From: Octopus bimaculoides
Lineage: Eukaryota
Length of the DNA stretch: 64,000 nt
Direction: 5' to 3'
NCBI RefSeq assembly: GCF_001194135.2
Contig: NC_068983.1
Span: 36,278,710 to 36,342,709 of the forward strand
Positions 1-13,329 of this stretch are shown one piece after another. Within the stretch, counting starts at the first letter, position 1. Every line of letters starts with the position of its first letter. A program made the position numbers and the translations under genes. A model generated the notes under the pieces. The model worked only from the letters and a program-made list of their open reading frames with translations. It was not told where the DNA came from and searched no databases.

Positions 1-514
1 GTTTTTCTGGCAGAAATGTTAATACACCAAGCAAAATGCTTAGCAGTATTTCGTCTGTCTTTACGNNNNNNNNNNTACACCAAGCAAAATGCTTAGCAGT
101 ATTTCGTCTGTCTTTACGTTCTGAGTTCAAATTCTGCCGAGGTCGACTTTGCCTCTCATCCTTTCGGGGTCGATTAAATAAGTATCAGTTACGCACTGCG
201 ATCAGCGCAATCAACTTAATCCCTTTGTCTGTCCTTGTTTGTCCCCTCTGTGTTTAGTCCCCTGTGGGCAATAAAGAAATAAATATTGTTTTTCTTTAAG
301 GCAGTGAGCTGGCAGAAATGTTAGCATGGCGAGCAAAATGCTTAGCAATATTTCATCTGTCTTTACATTCTGAGTTCAAATTCCACCGAGGTCGACTTTG
401 CCTTTCATCCTTTCGAGGTTGATAAATTAAGTACCAGTTGCATACTAGGGTTGATCTAATTGACTGGCCCCCGCCCCCAAAATTTCGGGCCTCGTGCCCG
501 GAGTAGAAAAGAAT
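1..514 (+). mobile_element. Two tandem family B SINEs (Meta/Sauria-like central domain)
   Basis: GAGTTCAAATTC B box and GGTCGACTTTGCCTTTCATCCTTTCGGGGTCGAT domain; copies about 1-281 and 298-514. Further copies at about 2160-2375, 16545-16730, 34425-34550, 38785-39002, 40670-40865, 50115-50275, 55570-55785. Confidence 0.85.
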
Positions 515-625
515 ATTGTTTTAACTTTTTTATTTTTCTTATTGCATATCTATAATTTCTAGTTAATGTGTTGACTCTACAACAGTTCTCCTGAATAGTT
601 TTTTTTTTTTTTTTAAATTTTGCAG

Positions 626-748
626 CCAGTTCTACCTCTTGCAGTCATCAGTCCTGTTGCAGGATTATTAGCTTTTATGGTTTTCGGCATTACAATGTGT
701 ACTGCAGCTATACTTCACTACCATGAATCACCAGCCTGTTTACAAGTG
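626..748 (+). CDS. Internal coding exon of an unidentified plus-strand membrane-protein gene (PVLPLAVISPVAGLLAFMVFGITMCTAAILHYHESPACLQV)
   Basis: Long poly-T tract plus TTGCAG acceptor, GTGAGT donor at 749, 123 nt open in frame 0, about 29-aa hydrophobic stretch (putative TM helix). Confidence 0.75.
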
Positions 749-1040
749 GTGAGTTATCACTGTTTTACCTTTATTTCAGTTATTATTTAACTTTTCATAA
801 AGCTTCTTATATTTTGTATTGAGTCAATGAGGGAGCCTCTATACAGTAACTTCAGTACCATAGCCAGGTTCTAAAGTCAGTGGGAATGAGCACATAAAAA
901 AAGGACACTGGGACACATACCAAGCATTTAAAACTCATGTTGCTGATATTATTTGAAATATTTCAATAGTTATAATATACATAATTGCATTCTGCATTTG
1001 TTAATTTGATGTTTAAATGTCATTATGCATGAAACTTACA

Positions 1041-1424
1041 GTGGAGGCGCAATGGCCCAGTGGTTAGGGCAGCAGACTCGCGGTCATAGGATCGCGGTTT
1101 CGATTCCCAGACCGGGGGTTGTGAGTGTTTATTGAGCGAAAACACCTAAAGCTCCATGAGGCTCCGATAGGATGGTGGCGAACCCTGCTGTACTCTTTCA
1201 CCACAACTTTCTCTCACTCTTACTTCCTGTTTCTGTTGTGCCTGTAATTCAAAGGGTCAGCCTTATCACACTGTGTCACGCTGAATATCCCCGAGAACTA
1301 CGTTAAGGGTACACGTGTCTGTGGAGTGCTCAGCCACTTGCATGTTAATTTCACGAGCAGGCTGTTCTGTTGATCGGATCAGCTGGAACCCTCGACGTTG
1401 TAAGCGACGGAGTGCCAACGAACA
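1041..1424 (+). mobile_element. Full-length tRNA-derived SINE (family A)
   Basis: A box TGGCCCAGTGG, B box GGTTTCGATTCCC, 12-bp TSD ATGAAACTTACA at 1029-1040 and 1425-1436. Confidence 0.9.
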
Positions 1425-2434
1425 ATGAAACTTACAACTACTGATATTGGTGTGACATGAAAAAGATGAAGCTCCATGGAATTGGCCAGCATCAAGAGGT
1501 TATGATGTCAGGGTTGCTTTGGTTGTTCAGATGTCAGTGGCCACCAACGTGTCACAGGAGATTGAGCAGAAAGCTTAAAAACATGGGAAGTTGGTCAAAT
1601 AAAGAAATGACAACAGAAAGTTCTTCAAAGGCCATGCAATTAACAAAAAAAAAAGAAGATATTTAACTTTTATTATGCAAGTAAACTAAAGATTTTAAAA
1701 AGATTATTGTAAAGGTGCTAATTCTAAAAAGTGTACTTAGTGATGGTGATAGTGGTGGTGGTGGTGGTAGTGGTGGTGGGGTAATTTGCTCCCCTTGCTC
1801 CTGTATTAGTTATTCCACTAAGTTACTCATCCTGGTAGAAATAGCATCTAAATCTCTCTTAAAGTAGAAGATTGGTATTTTGCCATTCAAACTGGTTGTA
1901 TCCAGCCAAAAAAATTCTACCTGTTTTATATTCAAACTGGTCAGATCCTGCCACTCACACCTACCCTACAATATCATTCTGAAAATTCGTAATCATATCA
2001 TCAAAATCTTGAAGCTATGGGAATAATGCATATTTATTCAAAACAATATGAATAAATCTATCAATCTGGTCAGAAGACTTGTCCAGACCAATACAATTCT
2101 TCCATGTTGGATGTCCCAGTCTTCCATAGCAATCTTCATATCCTCATATTGGTTTCAAATTTCAGCCCAAAGCCAGCAATTTTGGGGTGTGGGGCAAGTT
2201 GATTACTTTGACCCCAGTGTTCAACTTGTACTTATTTTATCAATCCTGAAAAGATGAAAAGCAAAGTTGGCCTTGGTGGAGTTTGAACTAAGAACATAAA
2301 GACAGATAAAATGTTGCTAAGCGTTTCACCTGGTGTGCCTACGATTCTGCCAGCTTGCTGCCACATCATATCCTCCTCATATTTCATAAAGTAATTTGAA
2401 TGCTAAAGGGTTAAAACAGATGAACACATTTGAT

Positions 2435-2520
2435 AACATATAACATGTCTTGGAAGAACATGTCCAACATATAACATGTCCAACATATAACATGTCCAAC
2501 ATATAACATGTCTTGGAAGA
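2435..2520. repeat. 16-bp minisatellite (CAACATATAACATGTC)x3 with flanking partial duplication
   Basis: Direct reading. Confidence 0.9.
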
Positions 2521-4083
2521 AAGTTGGAGAGCTCTTAGCTGGGACATCTTTGATTGAATATCTACTTGATCAGGTTAATCTAAGGTTAAACATTCCCCCC
2601 ATAGACCCGCACAATGACATGCAGCTCATTGCTTGGATTCACACTCCTAATTCATTATACAATGATAAAATGGATAGATAAAACTGGTAGCTTTATATAA
2701 GAGTGACGGTGATATTTGAAACAGTTGAATGAAAATACTGTAGGGAACTTATATTTCCAAGCCTAATCACATGATCATCCTTTGCTACACTTGACAGAGA
2801 TTAAAGTCAGAGCCTTGGATTATTTGCAACTGCCATTAGATATGTTCACTCAATCATGTCACCCTTAACTTACAGTGCAAAAAATATTGTCACGTGATGT
2901 TAATGCACCAACTGACATATTGGGGAGCTTCCAAAAATTTCTAAGCCTAAATTGTGTGATCATCCTCTGCCAATCAAATTGTATTCTAAAGAGATACTAA
3001 TTTGAGCCATGTTCTTTCCATGAAACAAGAGAATTTTTGAACTCTAATCAAAAGCAAGACAGTTGCAGCATAGTCCCATATCTTTTTATCTCACTTTTGA
3101 AAATCAGAAAAATCTGTAAAACTGGTTAAACCTATAAAAATACACCATCAGTATAAGCTTGGTGAGAATGGGACTTCGTTTCCATTCAGTATAGCATGAA
3201 GATGAAGTTTCATCTTCAATCAATATTGTTTGTGAAGAGATGGTAATTCATCTGCCATTGGTGAAAGATAGAGAGAGAGAGATTAAGCTTCATCTATCAG
3301 AATGGCTTGGTTGACATGATGCTTTATTTTCCATCAATATGGTTTGAAAAGATACATAGTGAAACTCCTCTCTCTTCAGAGAGAGAGTTTTCACCTCCTA
3401 ATAATATAGTTTGGAGAGAGATGGGGCTTCAGTGAAGTAACTTGCTTAGATACAGTGATGACATCAAGTTATGTTTGTATGTCATATTGGACAGCAGATT
3501 TCATCAGATTAGCTGTGTTTCATAAAGTAACATATGTTCGAAACTTTCAGGATTTCATTTCAGTCTAAGAAATCATTATTTAGAAGGACAAAGGCAGCAA
3601 TATCTTTGGTAGAAATGGTAGGGCATCAGACTAAATGAGTTACAAAGTGAAGTAGTAGAATCGAAGAATCTAGTGAGGGTTAAGATTAGCAAATAGTAAA
3701 TATAAACAGCTCAGAGCTGAATAGGTTAGTTTGCAGAGTGGAATAGAAGTGGCCCTAGTTGTAGGAAGAGCCCTTATATTTGATAAAGGATCCTGCCTGA
3801 AATGACCATTCCAATTTGTTATGGCATTTTCAGAATTAAATACCTTACAGTTAGTTCTACCGGGTATGATCTTACCTTTGTGTCTTCTGAGCTTAGCAAA
3901 ATATGTATTAACAATATGCCAAATTTGATTAAATTAATAATAAATCTCTAAAAATTCAATATTGTTTTCATTCAAAAATCAATATTAAAAAAAAAAAAAA
4001 CATAAATATTTGTAAATCATTCTCTCTTTATTTTAACATCCTTAAATATTTTTATGACATGAATTTTTTTCATCTTTTCCCAG

Positions 4084-4235
4084 CATACTATATCTTACAA
4101 CCCAGAAGCATGTGACCAGCCATTGATCGTCTGTACATCAGATATTGAAGATTCACAAGATTTTTTGCCATCTGACATTGCTTTTGATCAATCATTTGCA
4201 AGAAGACCCACAGATTTTGATGTTCCTTTACGAAG
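4084..4235 (+). CDS. Next coding exon of the same gene (HTISYNPEACDQPLIVCTSDIEDSQDFLPSDIAFDQSFARRPTDFDVPLR + AG)
   Basis: TTTTCATCTTTTCCCAG acceptor, GTATCA donor at 4236, 152 nt open only in frame 0, phase-compatible with exon 626-748. Confidence 0.75.
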
Positions 4236-5041
4236 GTATCAAAAGATAAGATAGTTTTGTACTTAAAATGTAAAGAACAATTATGGAAGTGAACTGCTTT
4301 TGTTCAGTGGCGCAATGATGAATTCAACAAAATCTACACAGCTGTCAATGTTGATAGGTTATCAACTCAACAACAAACAAACATTGACTGTGGTTTTTAT
4401 TCTTAGACATCTGAGTCATTTATGCTGTTTAAGGGGAAAAGCCATGTATTTGTGTGACTGTTTGGTATACACAGATTTATCACATACACTGCTAATGTCC
4501 TTGGGAAAGGCATTAACATCACAGATATCCACATCACACTTTCCCTGAAATTTAAGGTCTTTGTGCTGAGTGAAAAAAGGTATGTAAATTTGTTTGTCAC
4601 CAACAAACAAAACAAATACCTTGATTTTTCTTAATGAAGGTTTTCATAACTATGCATTTTGCAATTCTATTTGCCACTAAAGTTTCGAATTTTAAAAAAG
4701 AAGTATTTTGGTTAAAACTGGTGGCAAAGAAATGGAAAGAAGAAATGAATATAGTCTTTATTGTAAAATGAAGAATTGTTAAAATTCATACATTCTTCAC
4801 GGAATATTTATTTCATTAGTATCACAAGAGATCACCTTATTTTAATTTCTACTGAATTGAAATGCCAAGAGACAAAATGATTCCATAAAGTAAAAAATAA
4901 TTAGAGAAATATGAACTCTCAGGTGTTTTGTGCTTAAAAGTGAACTATTTCTAGTGACTGAGTAAGGGCAGGGTTTATGCTTATATTTTCTAAAATAATT
5001 TTCAACTTTTTGTTAAATCTTTTGTTTTCCTTTCTCTTTAG

Positions 5042-5084
5042 TAACTGGCTGTCATTTTGTACAGTGACGATGGTTGTGGTGTAG
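5042..5084 (+). CDS. Probable terminal coding exon of the plus-strand gene (S-NWLSFCTVTMVVV*)
   Basis: Strong polypyrimidine acceptor ending 5041, phase-2 entry matches the 4235 donor, TAG at 5082-5084, AATAAA at 5245 and 5271. An alternative acceptor at 5064 is also in phase. Confidence 0.45.
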
Positions 5085-5996
5085 AACATTATAGTAGACA
5101 CTTAAAGCTACCTCACTTGTTAGTCTTTCACCATTTTCAGATTGATAAAATAAGTAATACAGTAATAATACCAGTAATATGCTAAGAATTATTTCAACTG
5201 ACAATTCATTTTCCCTGTAAAGGACTGGCATTAAGCACAATCAAAATAAATTATGTAATCTTCAACCTTTAATAAAACGTGCTGCATCTTTTCTCTGTAT
5301 CTTCTGCAACTAGAGATTCAGATCTATCAAATGTACCAAACACACTCAAATTAGATGTTTTGCAAACCTTACACTTCTCTATGCAATACTATGAGTTAAT
5401 ATGGCTATGCATTTTGGCACAGCTGTTTTAGCCCTGCTGATTTGGCATCACTGATTCAATGCTGCCTTATTTGATATTAGACGCTTTGTCTTCAGGACCT
5501 TTCGGCACTGAGAAAATTCTGTCTTTATTTTAGTTCATAGCAAACATGTAATCATGACTACTATTCTACTTTCTGCTTCACTTTATGTATGTGATGGCTG
5601 ACGAAATATTGACAAAGTGTGGAAAAGAAAAAATTTCTCACAAAGGGTTTCCATGCATCTTTGACAAAGAAAAAATGGCAATGAATTAAAATTTTGGTGT
5701 TGTGAGCAGGAAAATTGGGGAAAGAGAACCATTAAGATGTATTAAATGACTCCAGTTGGTTCAAACACATCTATCTCTCACTCAGTTTGATTATGTATGT
5801 GTCTTTTCTTCATGCCTATTTGAAGTGGAGGACATGTTTATAGTAATTGGGGATCATTTAATATATTTTAATGTTTCTCACATTTTCTCTCTTTCTCACT
5901 CTGACTCTGTTTATGTGTTTTTTCTTCTTCATGCCTATGTGAAAAGGGGGACATACTTATAGTAATTGGAAGTCAGTCGATACATTTTAATGTTTC

Positions 5997-6028
<32 letters not shown>

Positions 6029-6141
6029 TCTCTGATTATGTGTTTGCATTAGCATATTTCTCTATGTGTATGAGGAGAGGGAAGTGTTTATGTCATCTCT
6101 CATTCATTCTATCAGTAATGTGTATATTTCTACATGTGTGT

Positions 6142-6181
<40 letters not shown>

Positions 6182-6454
6182 CTAGTGCCAAAAAAACAAA
6201 AAAAAAGGCCATTACCAACACAGTTCCTATATCCAGTCAGCCATGCCAAATTGTCAGCATCCAAACAGCCAAGCCCAATCATCTCATCCTGTAATATCAT
6301 TTGTGAGTCAATATGACAGTCTCCATGTTGCTACTCAACTAGTTCTTTTTCATAACATTTATATTTTCATTCAATAACAGTCTTTGCAAAGGTTCCCTTA
6401 AGCAATGGCAGATTAGCTTTACTCATTCAGTTATAGGAAATTCAGTAAAAGTAT

Positions 6455-6850
6455 TTGTTTAAAATTTGTTGTATCTTGGGAGGATCGTAACAAACACATG
6501 CACTGGTTCTATTTCACTTCTTTATTTTTTATTAGTCATTTGGTTAACCAATTAACTAACCAGTTGTTTGATTAATCATTTGGTCTGTCAGTCAATCAGC
6601 TAGGTTTTCCAAAGTTCTTTTGTTAGACTTGGAGTAGAGCGAGCATTGATGAGATTGCAAATGGTGACAAAAGGTTTTTGATAAACCTGGCTGGTTGATT
6701 GACTGAATGAATGTTTAACCAAGCAATCAGTTAATTAATTGGTTAAATGGTTAACCAATTGACCAAATAAAAATAAAAACAAAAGCAGAATAGAACCAGT
6801 GCATGTGTTTGTTATTTACATAATGACTCTTCTGAGATACAAAAAATTCC
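6455..6850. repeat. Foldback element with long imperfect arms
   Basis: Exact 25-bp inverted repeat 6488-6512/6790-6814; arms continue inward and outward. Confidence 0.8.
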
Positions 6851-7178
6851 AACAGGAGTCAACATCAAGACTCTTGCAAACCAAATACACAAACAAGGAT
6901 TCTTCATAATAACTACAATGGATGCTTCAATATTTGGTTACTGTTTGGAATACAATGCTTTACAAGATGAACACTTAAAAATATACACAGCCTACACTGC
7001 AAACTTGGTGCTGCTTTTTTTTCTCAAATAAAATAAATGTACATTCAGTAAATAAATGCAGTCTTAAAAAAATTTTTTGTGTGAAATGTAACAAAAATGT
7101 TATTATAATTTCTTTTTTAAATCGAAAAATTATTATTTCTAAATCTCTGAATGAGAAACATTCAGTAACAATACTCTA

Positions 7179-7374
7179 GAGTAAAGATTATTTGCCAACA
7201 TAATGTGGCAGTCCTGGTTAGGACGACTGTTACTGTTATTTAGCCCCAGGAAACATCGTCTCCAGCTGGCTCCAGCTGACAGTGCGTTGATAGCCAGGTG
7301 GAGATGTTGTTTCTTGGGGCTAAATAACATTAACATTTGTCTTAATCCATTATGTTGGCAAATAATCTTTACTC
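7179..7374. repeat. 196-bp near-perfect palindrome (foldback)
   Basis: Exact 27-bp outer inverted repeat (7179-7205/7348-7374), inner arms 7234-7270/7293-7329, 22-nt loop. Confidence 0.9.
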
Positions 7375-7815
7375 AATTTCTTCTTTACTGATTCAATACT
7401 GTATTGTCCTTCCCTTCCCATCAGCAATTCTCTGGGTCATGCCAAATGGGAGTAGAAGAGATCTAAACATTAGAAATTCCATTCCTTTTCTGACTGATTT
7501 ATGGATCATTTTTGCCAGCTGAATGAACTGGAGCAACATGAGATAAAGTGTCTTGCTCAAGGGCACAATGCGCCTTTGGGAATCAAACACACAACCTTAC
7601 AACTGTGAGCTGAATAGCCTAACCATTGATACAAAGTTAAATACAGAGATGAGTCCAATAGCCAACAAGTATCATGAGGGAAAATTGGAAAAACTTTGGT
7701 GAGAGATTTCAAGCAACCATGAAACTGTCCAAGGGTAAAAGGGTAGGTATGAGTATATGATATTATTTACATTATTTACATTTGACAGATGTTTGTCCTC
7801 ATCTTGTTTGTTGTT

Positions 7816-7861
7816 AACACAATGTTTCAGCTGATATACTCTCCAGCCTTCATCAGGTGTC
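7816..7861 (-). ncRNA. Decayed hammerhead-like motif in a repeat family also at 49.9 kb
   Basis: Minus strand: GACAC-CTGATGA-A-GGCTG gagagtatat CAGCT-GAAA-CATT-GTGTT; stem III ACAT is non-palindromic (ACGT expected). Confidence 0.55.
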
Positions 7862-8674
7862 CTAGGGAAATTTTGAACCTGGGTTCTCATTCCTAAGGTA
7901 TTTTTTGATGTTGTTGTTGTTACTATTATTATTATTATTATTATTATTATTCCAGAGTGGTTGGCGTTAGGAAGGGCATCCAGCTGTAGAAACTCTGCCA
8001 AATAAGATTGGAGCCTGGTGTAGCCATCTGGTTCACCAGTCCTCAGTCAAATCGTCCAACCCATGCCAGCATGGAAAGCGGACGTTAAACGATGATGATG
8101 ATGATGATGATGATGATTCCATCAAATGTAAATAATGTAAATAATGTACATAATTCCTCATGTCTCAAATATAGAACTGTATGAGTACATGATGTTTGTT
8201 GGAGGACAAAAGGGTGAAAAAAAAAAGGCGCTAAATGATCCTTTTGGGAAAAATCTGTGAGAGAAGACTGAGCAAGACACAGGAATAAGTGGTGAAGGTT
8301 AATCTTAAGATGCTAAACTTCACAAAGAGCCAGAACAAAGGACCAGAACCAAATGGTAAGACATTGTGCTAGAGAAGACATAACCGATCCATGAAAGCAT
8401 AGAAAACAAACATAAAATGATGATGAGGAGGAGAAGGATGATTATTGTTTTACCATCCACTCTTCCATGCTTGCATGGATGAGATGGAATTTATTGAGGC
8501 AGATTTCTATGGCTGGATGCCCTTCCTGTCACCAATCATTACCTGCTTCCAAGCAGGGTAACATTTCTCCTTGGCCAGATATGTTTCCATAGAAGATTGG
8601 AAACGAAGGATAATACTCATAAGATTGTGACATTTGCTTGCAACTATCATTCAATGTCAAGATGAGGGGACACC

Positions 8675-8714
<40 letters not shown>

Positions 8715-9310
8715 ATGGGCTTCTTTCATTTTCCATTTACTAAATCTCCTCACAAGGTTGGTTGACCCAGGGCTATATCAAAAGGGATTTGCCCAAAGAT
8801 GTCATGCAGTAGGACTGAACTTGTGACTCACGAGATGACTAAAGCCTTGTGAATAGAAATTGGAAGGAAAATAAGCTCCTCAGCCACACTGCTATGCCTG
8901 ATCATACATATATATCTTTAAAACATATACTGTCAGATTATGGAATGAAAGATAAGTAATCATCCAATGCAAATTTTTTGTAGTATGGCATGAGTCAGTG
9001 GTGAATTAAGAACTTTCAAACAATTCAATTACTTTGATACTTGTGCTTTCCGACCAAGAACTTGGAATATTTTACCACCCATTTCTATCCCACACGAGGT
9101 TTTAAATATATATATTTCAGTACAGCAAATTCTTTGTAAATATTCCTTCTGTGTTGTTTGTATTAGCATGTTCTTAATAGTTGTCAATTGTCAAATTAAC
9201 ACCAATATGCAAATTAACTCACCATGTTTAAATTAAGATACATTCTTGTCATAGTTTTAAACTGTTCCTTCTTGATAAAACAGTGTCAAGGTGAAACCTA
9301 CAACAATCAA

Positions 9311-9696
9311 TTGTTGTTGGCACTCCATCGCTTACGACGTCGAGGGTTCCAGTTGATCCAATCAACAGAACAGCCTGCTCGTGAAATTAATGTGCAAGTG
9401 GCTGAGCACTCCACAGACACGTGTACTCTTAACGTAGTTCTCGGGGATATTCAGCGTGACACAGTGTGACAAGGCTGACCCTTTGAATTACAGGCACAAC
9501 AAAAACAGGAAGTAAGAGTGAGAGAAAGTTGTGGTGGAAGAGTACAGCAGGGTTCGCCACCATCCCCTGCCGGAGCCTCGTGCACCTTTAGGTGTTTTCG
9601 CTCAATAAACACTCACAACGCCCGGTCTGGGAATCGAAACCGCGATCCTATGACCACGAGTCCGCTGCCCTAACCACTGGGCCATTGCGCCTCCAC
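9311..9696 (-). mobile_element. Family A SINE; head duplicated at 10072-10175 across a gap
   Basis: Reverse complement of 1041-1424; TSD ACAACAATCAA at 9300-9310 and 10176-10186. Confidence 0.85.
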
Positions 9697-9702
9697 ACAA
9701 CA

Positions 9703-9882
9703 NNNNNNNNNNNNNNNNNNNNNNNNNNNNNNNNNNNNNNNNNNNNNNNNNNNNNNNNNNNNNNNNNNNNNNNNNNNNNNNNNNNNNNNNNNNNNNNNNN
9801 NNNNNNNNNNNNNNNNNNNNNNNNNNNNNNNNNNNNNNNNNNNNNNNNNNNNNNNNNNNNNNNNNNNNNNNNNNNNNNNNNN
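9703..9882. other. Assembly gap; other gaps at 66-75 and 44231-44303
   Basis: Runs of N, each inside or next to a SINE. Confidence 0.98.
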
Positions 9883-10396
9883 CCGGATCTGTCCCACATG
9901 TGACAGCAGGTGTTTGACAAACTTACAGGTCAGCAATACTTGGGCACTGGACTAGGGCGTGCAGAATGGTTTCATCGTTCAGGGCACACCTCAAGCCGGC
10001 CTGCCTGATGGCACTTTCATACCTGTAAAGTTTATCCCAAACAGGTAGCCAGAGCCATGTGGCGCTTTAAATGTTTTCACTCAATAAACACTCACAACGC
10101 CCGGTCTGGGAATCGAAACCGCGATCCTATGACCACGAGTCCGCTGCCCTAACCACTGGGCCATTGCGCCTCCACACAACAATCAATACACCATATTGAA
10201 TCTGAAGTTTCTAAATAATCACCTAATTTCACTGTATTTCCTGTGGGAAATGTATGTTCTTGTCTACATGATGCTGTTCTTTAGTCCCACATCAGCTGGA
10301 TCTAGTAAAGCAGAAATACATATAACTAAAGTCATTCCAGCCATGACTATTCCATCTTTATTGTTAGACATGGTGTAATAGTGTCTCTAGAAGTTT

Positions 10397-10433
<37 letters not shown>

Positions 10434-11594
10434 CTTAACGTGTCTGTTTGCCATGTTGGCATGAGTTGGATGGTTTGGCAGCAGATGGCAAGCCAAAGGG
10501 CTGCAACCAGGCTTCAGTCATCTGTTTTTCGTATGGTTTCTATGACTGGATGCCCTTCCTAATGTCAATTACTTTACTGAGTGGACTGACTGGCTGTTTA
10601 TTATGTGGTGCTGGTACAGGTGCTTTTTATGTGGCACAGGTACTTTTTATGTGGCACAGGTGCTTTTTATGTGGCACCAGGGTTGGCAAGGGGCTTGCAA
10701 GACGGGCGCCAAAGCTGAGAAAGAGAGAGGAACCAAGAGAAGTGGCTGTGTGCCAGACAAGAGGCTGGAATATGACAGTCAGGAATAGCTGTTTTATTAC
10801 AGAGGAAATTCTTGGTTACCACATATGAACAAGGAAGCAGAGGGAAATGAGAGAGAGAGAAAAAGAAAGATACAGTCAGAGTGAGTGAGTGAAAGAGAGA
10901 GAGAGAGAGGTGGGGGTCTTATCCACTATCCAGTAATTCCTTCCAATTTCTATTCACAAGGCTTTAGTCATCCCGTGAGTTACAGAAAACATCTACCTGA
11001 AGTGTTCAGAAGTGGGATCAAGTCTGAGACCCAAAGGTTAACCACACAGCTATGCCTGCTTATATCCAACACAGACAATCATTGTTGTCAACTTTCAACT
11101 TTAATTTCTACTCATTTATAGTATTTTAAGCATAATTGTGAAATTTAAGGTTTAACCGTGTAACATGATGTGTTCCCCACATTGTGTATCTTATGGTTTT
11201 AATGTCTCTGAATATTATTTCATCTTCACATCTCTCCAAAAAAAATACATATTCATATTTGCTAATGAATTAAAGAGTTCAAGAAAATTAGAAAATTAGT
11301 AAAAGGAAAATTAGTAAAAAAGAAAATTAGTAAAAAACATTCTAATTAAAAGAGAAAAAGAAAGACTAAAGAAATTCATTGAGTCTGAAGAACATAAAGC
11401 AAAAACAATTTTTGATTGTCCTGGTACAACATTTAATACAACTTCAGACAATCGTTGTTGACTGAGTGTTAATTTGGAAAAATATTAAGGATGGTTCCAG
11501 ACCAGATTAATTTTGAAATTAATAAGAATATTATATAAGCATAATTTTTACAGTCAAACCATTTGCCTAAACAGAAGATTGTATGTATAAGAGC

Positions 11595-12510
11595 CAGGCA
11601 CAGGCATGGCTGTGTAGTAAGAAGCTTGCTTTCCAACCACATGGTTCCAGGTTCAGTTCCACTGTGTGGCACCTTGGGCAAGTGTCTTCTACTAAAGCTG
11701 ACCAAAGTGTCTTCTACTAAAGCTGACCAAAGCCTTGTGAGTGGATTTGGTAGACGGAAACTGAAAGAAACCCGCTGTATGTGTGTGTGTGTGTGGGTGT
11801 CTTTGTGTCTGTCCTCCACCAATGCTTGACAACTGGTGTTGGTGTGTTTATGTCCCCATAACTTAACAGTTCAGCAAAAGAGATCAATAGAATAAGTACC
11901 AGGCTTTAAAAAAGTACTGGGGTTCACTCATTCGAGTATAAATTCTTCAGGTGGTGCCCCAGCATGGCCAGTCTGCTGGGGCCAGTTTTCATTCCCTCTA
12001 ATATCTATTGTTTTTAATGCAGCATGTCCATAAGAGATGGTATATCAGGACAAATACCATAGTAACTGGCCTATCAACAGTGTATATACATTAAGTATGA
12101 TACATAGCTTGCCAGCATGTATCATACTTAATGTACGATACAGGTGCCAGCATAGCTGTGGTAAGGCAGTTTGCTTTTCAACCACATGGCTTCAAGTTCA
12201 GATCCACTGCATGGTACCTTGGGCAAGTGTCTTCTGCTATAGCCTCAGGCTGACCAAAGTCTTGTGAGTGGATTTGGTAAGCGGAAACTGAAAGAAGCCC
12301 GTCATATGTGTGTGTGTTTGTCCCCCACCACTGCTCGGCAACTGGTGTTGGTGTGTTTACATTATCTTAGTGGTTCTGCAAAAGAAACTGATAAAATACG
12401 TAACAGGCTTTAAAAAAAAAAGTGCTGGAGTTGATTAATTCAACTGACAATTACTCGAAGTGGTGCCTCAGCATGGCTGCAGTCAAATGACTGAAACAAG
12501 TGAAAGAGGT
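11595..12510 (+). mobile_element. Two CORE-like tRNA SINEs (about 11595-11975 and 12140-12510); another at about 50290-50820 (minus)
   Basis: GGTTCAGTTCC B box, GCACCTTGGGCAAGTGTCTTC core-like block, internal (GT)n, shared 3' tail. Confidence 0.8.
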
Positions 12511-12559
12511 CCCACAGAGGCAATGTGGCTGATGCTGGTGTTGCATAACTTGTACCCAT

Positions 12560-13241
12560 GCTAGTGGCATGTTAAAAGCACCTTTCGAGAGCTGGGCCTC
12601 GTGGAGGCAATGACAAATGACAGACCTTTGGCAATATGCTGTGCTTGAGAAGAAGACCTATCAAGCCAAATAAAAACATGGTCATGGCAGATACAGGTGT
12701 CACGCAACTGGCACTTGTGCCAGTGGCTAATAATAGCACCCATTATACTTTCAGAGTGGTTGTTGTTAGGAAGGGCATCCAGCTGTAGAAACCATGCCAA
12801 ATCAGACTGGAGTTTGGTGAAGCTCCTTAGCTTACAAGCCTTGGTCAAACTGTCCAACCTATGCCAGCATGGACAATGGATGTTAAATGATGATGATGAT
12901 GTGCCTTGAGCGAGGTTATTGCCAGTGCCTCGAGTGAGGTCGTTGCCAGTGCCTCGAGTAAGGTCGTTGCCAGTGCCCCTGGACTGGCTCCTGTGCAGGT
13001 AGGACATAAAAAACACCATTTTGAGCATGGCCACTGCCAGTTCCGCATGACTGGCTCTCATGTCGGTGGCATGTAAAAGCACCCACTACACTCTCGGAGT
13101 GGTTGGCGTTAGGAAGGGCATCCAGCTGTAGAAGCTCTGCCAGATAAGATTGGAGCCTGGTGTCGCCATCCGGTTCACCAGTCCTCAGTCAAATCGTCCA
13201 ACCCATGCTAGCATGGAAAGCGGATGTTAAATGATGATGAT
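12560..13241 (+). mobile_element. Two tandem (GAT)n-tailed RTE-type 3' ends; about 18 copies of this family in the window (e.g. 7932-8115, 17675-17855, 32430-32802, 38420-38770, 39003-39150, 47200-47455, 52262-52815)
   Basis: Conserved GGAAGGGCATCCAGCTGTAGAAAC...CCATGCCAGCATGGAAAGCGGACGTTAAACGATGATG; 24-bp tandem x3 at 12901-12972. RTE assignment is from memory. Confidence 0.75.
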
Positions 13242-13243
13242 AC

Positions 13244-13278
13244 TTATATATATATCTATATCTATCTATCTATCTATC

Positions 13279-13329
<51 letters not shown>

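Noticed and set aside
23-119. 43-bp direct duplication on either side of the 10-N gap
   Set aside because: Typical unmerged contig overlap inside a SINE; treated as an assembly artefact.
1041-1115. tRNA-like heads as real tRNA genes
   Set aside because: They continue into SINE bodies with TSDs and lack a complete cloverleaf.
2435-2520. Short direct-repeat arrays as CRISPR
   Set aside because: No unique spacers, no cas genes, eukaryotic context.
626-4235. Idea that the plus-strand gene is NOL9, the human neighbour of PLEKHG5
   Set aside because: The peptide has a TM-like segment and no resemblance to the NOL9 C-terminus as I recall it.
9594-10186. SINE head and flank duplicated across the 180-N gap, with a different body at 9883-10071
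   Set aside because: Identical duplication next to a gap is more likely mis-assembly or haplotype mixing; needs long reads.
12561-13082. 173-aa ORF and similar ORFs with LQLDALPN motifs
   Set aside because: Chance translations of the non-coding RTE-tail repeat.
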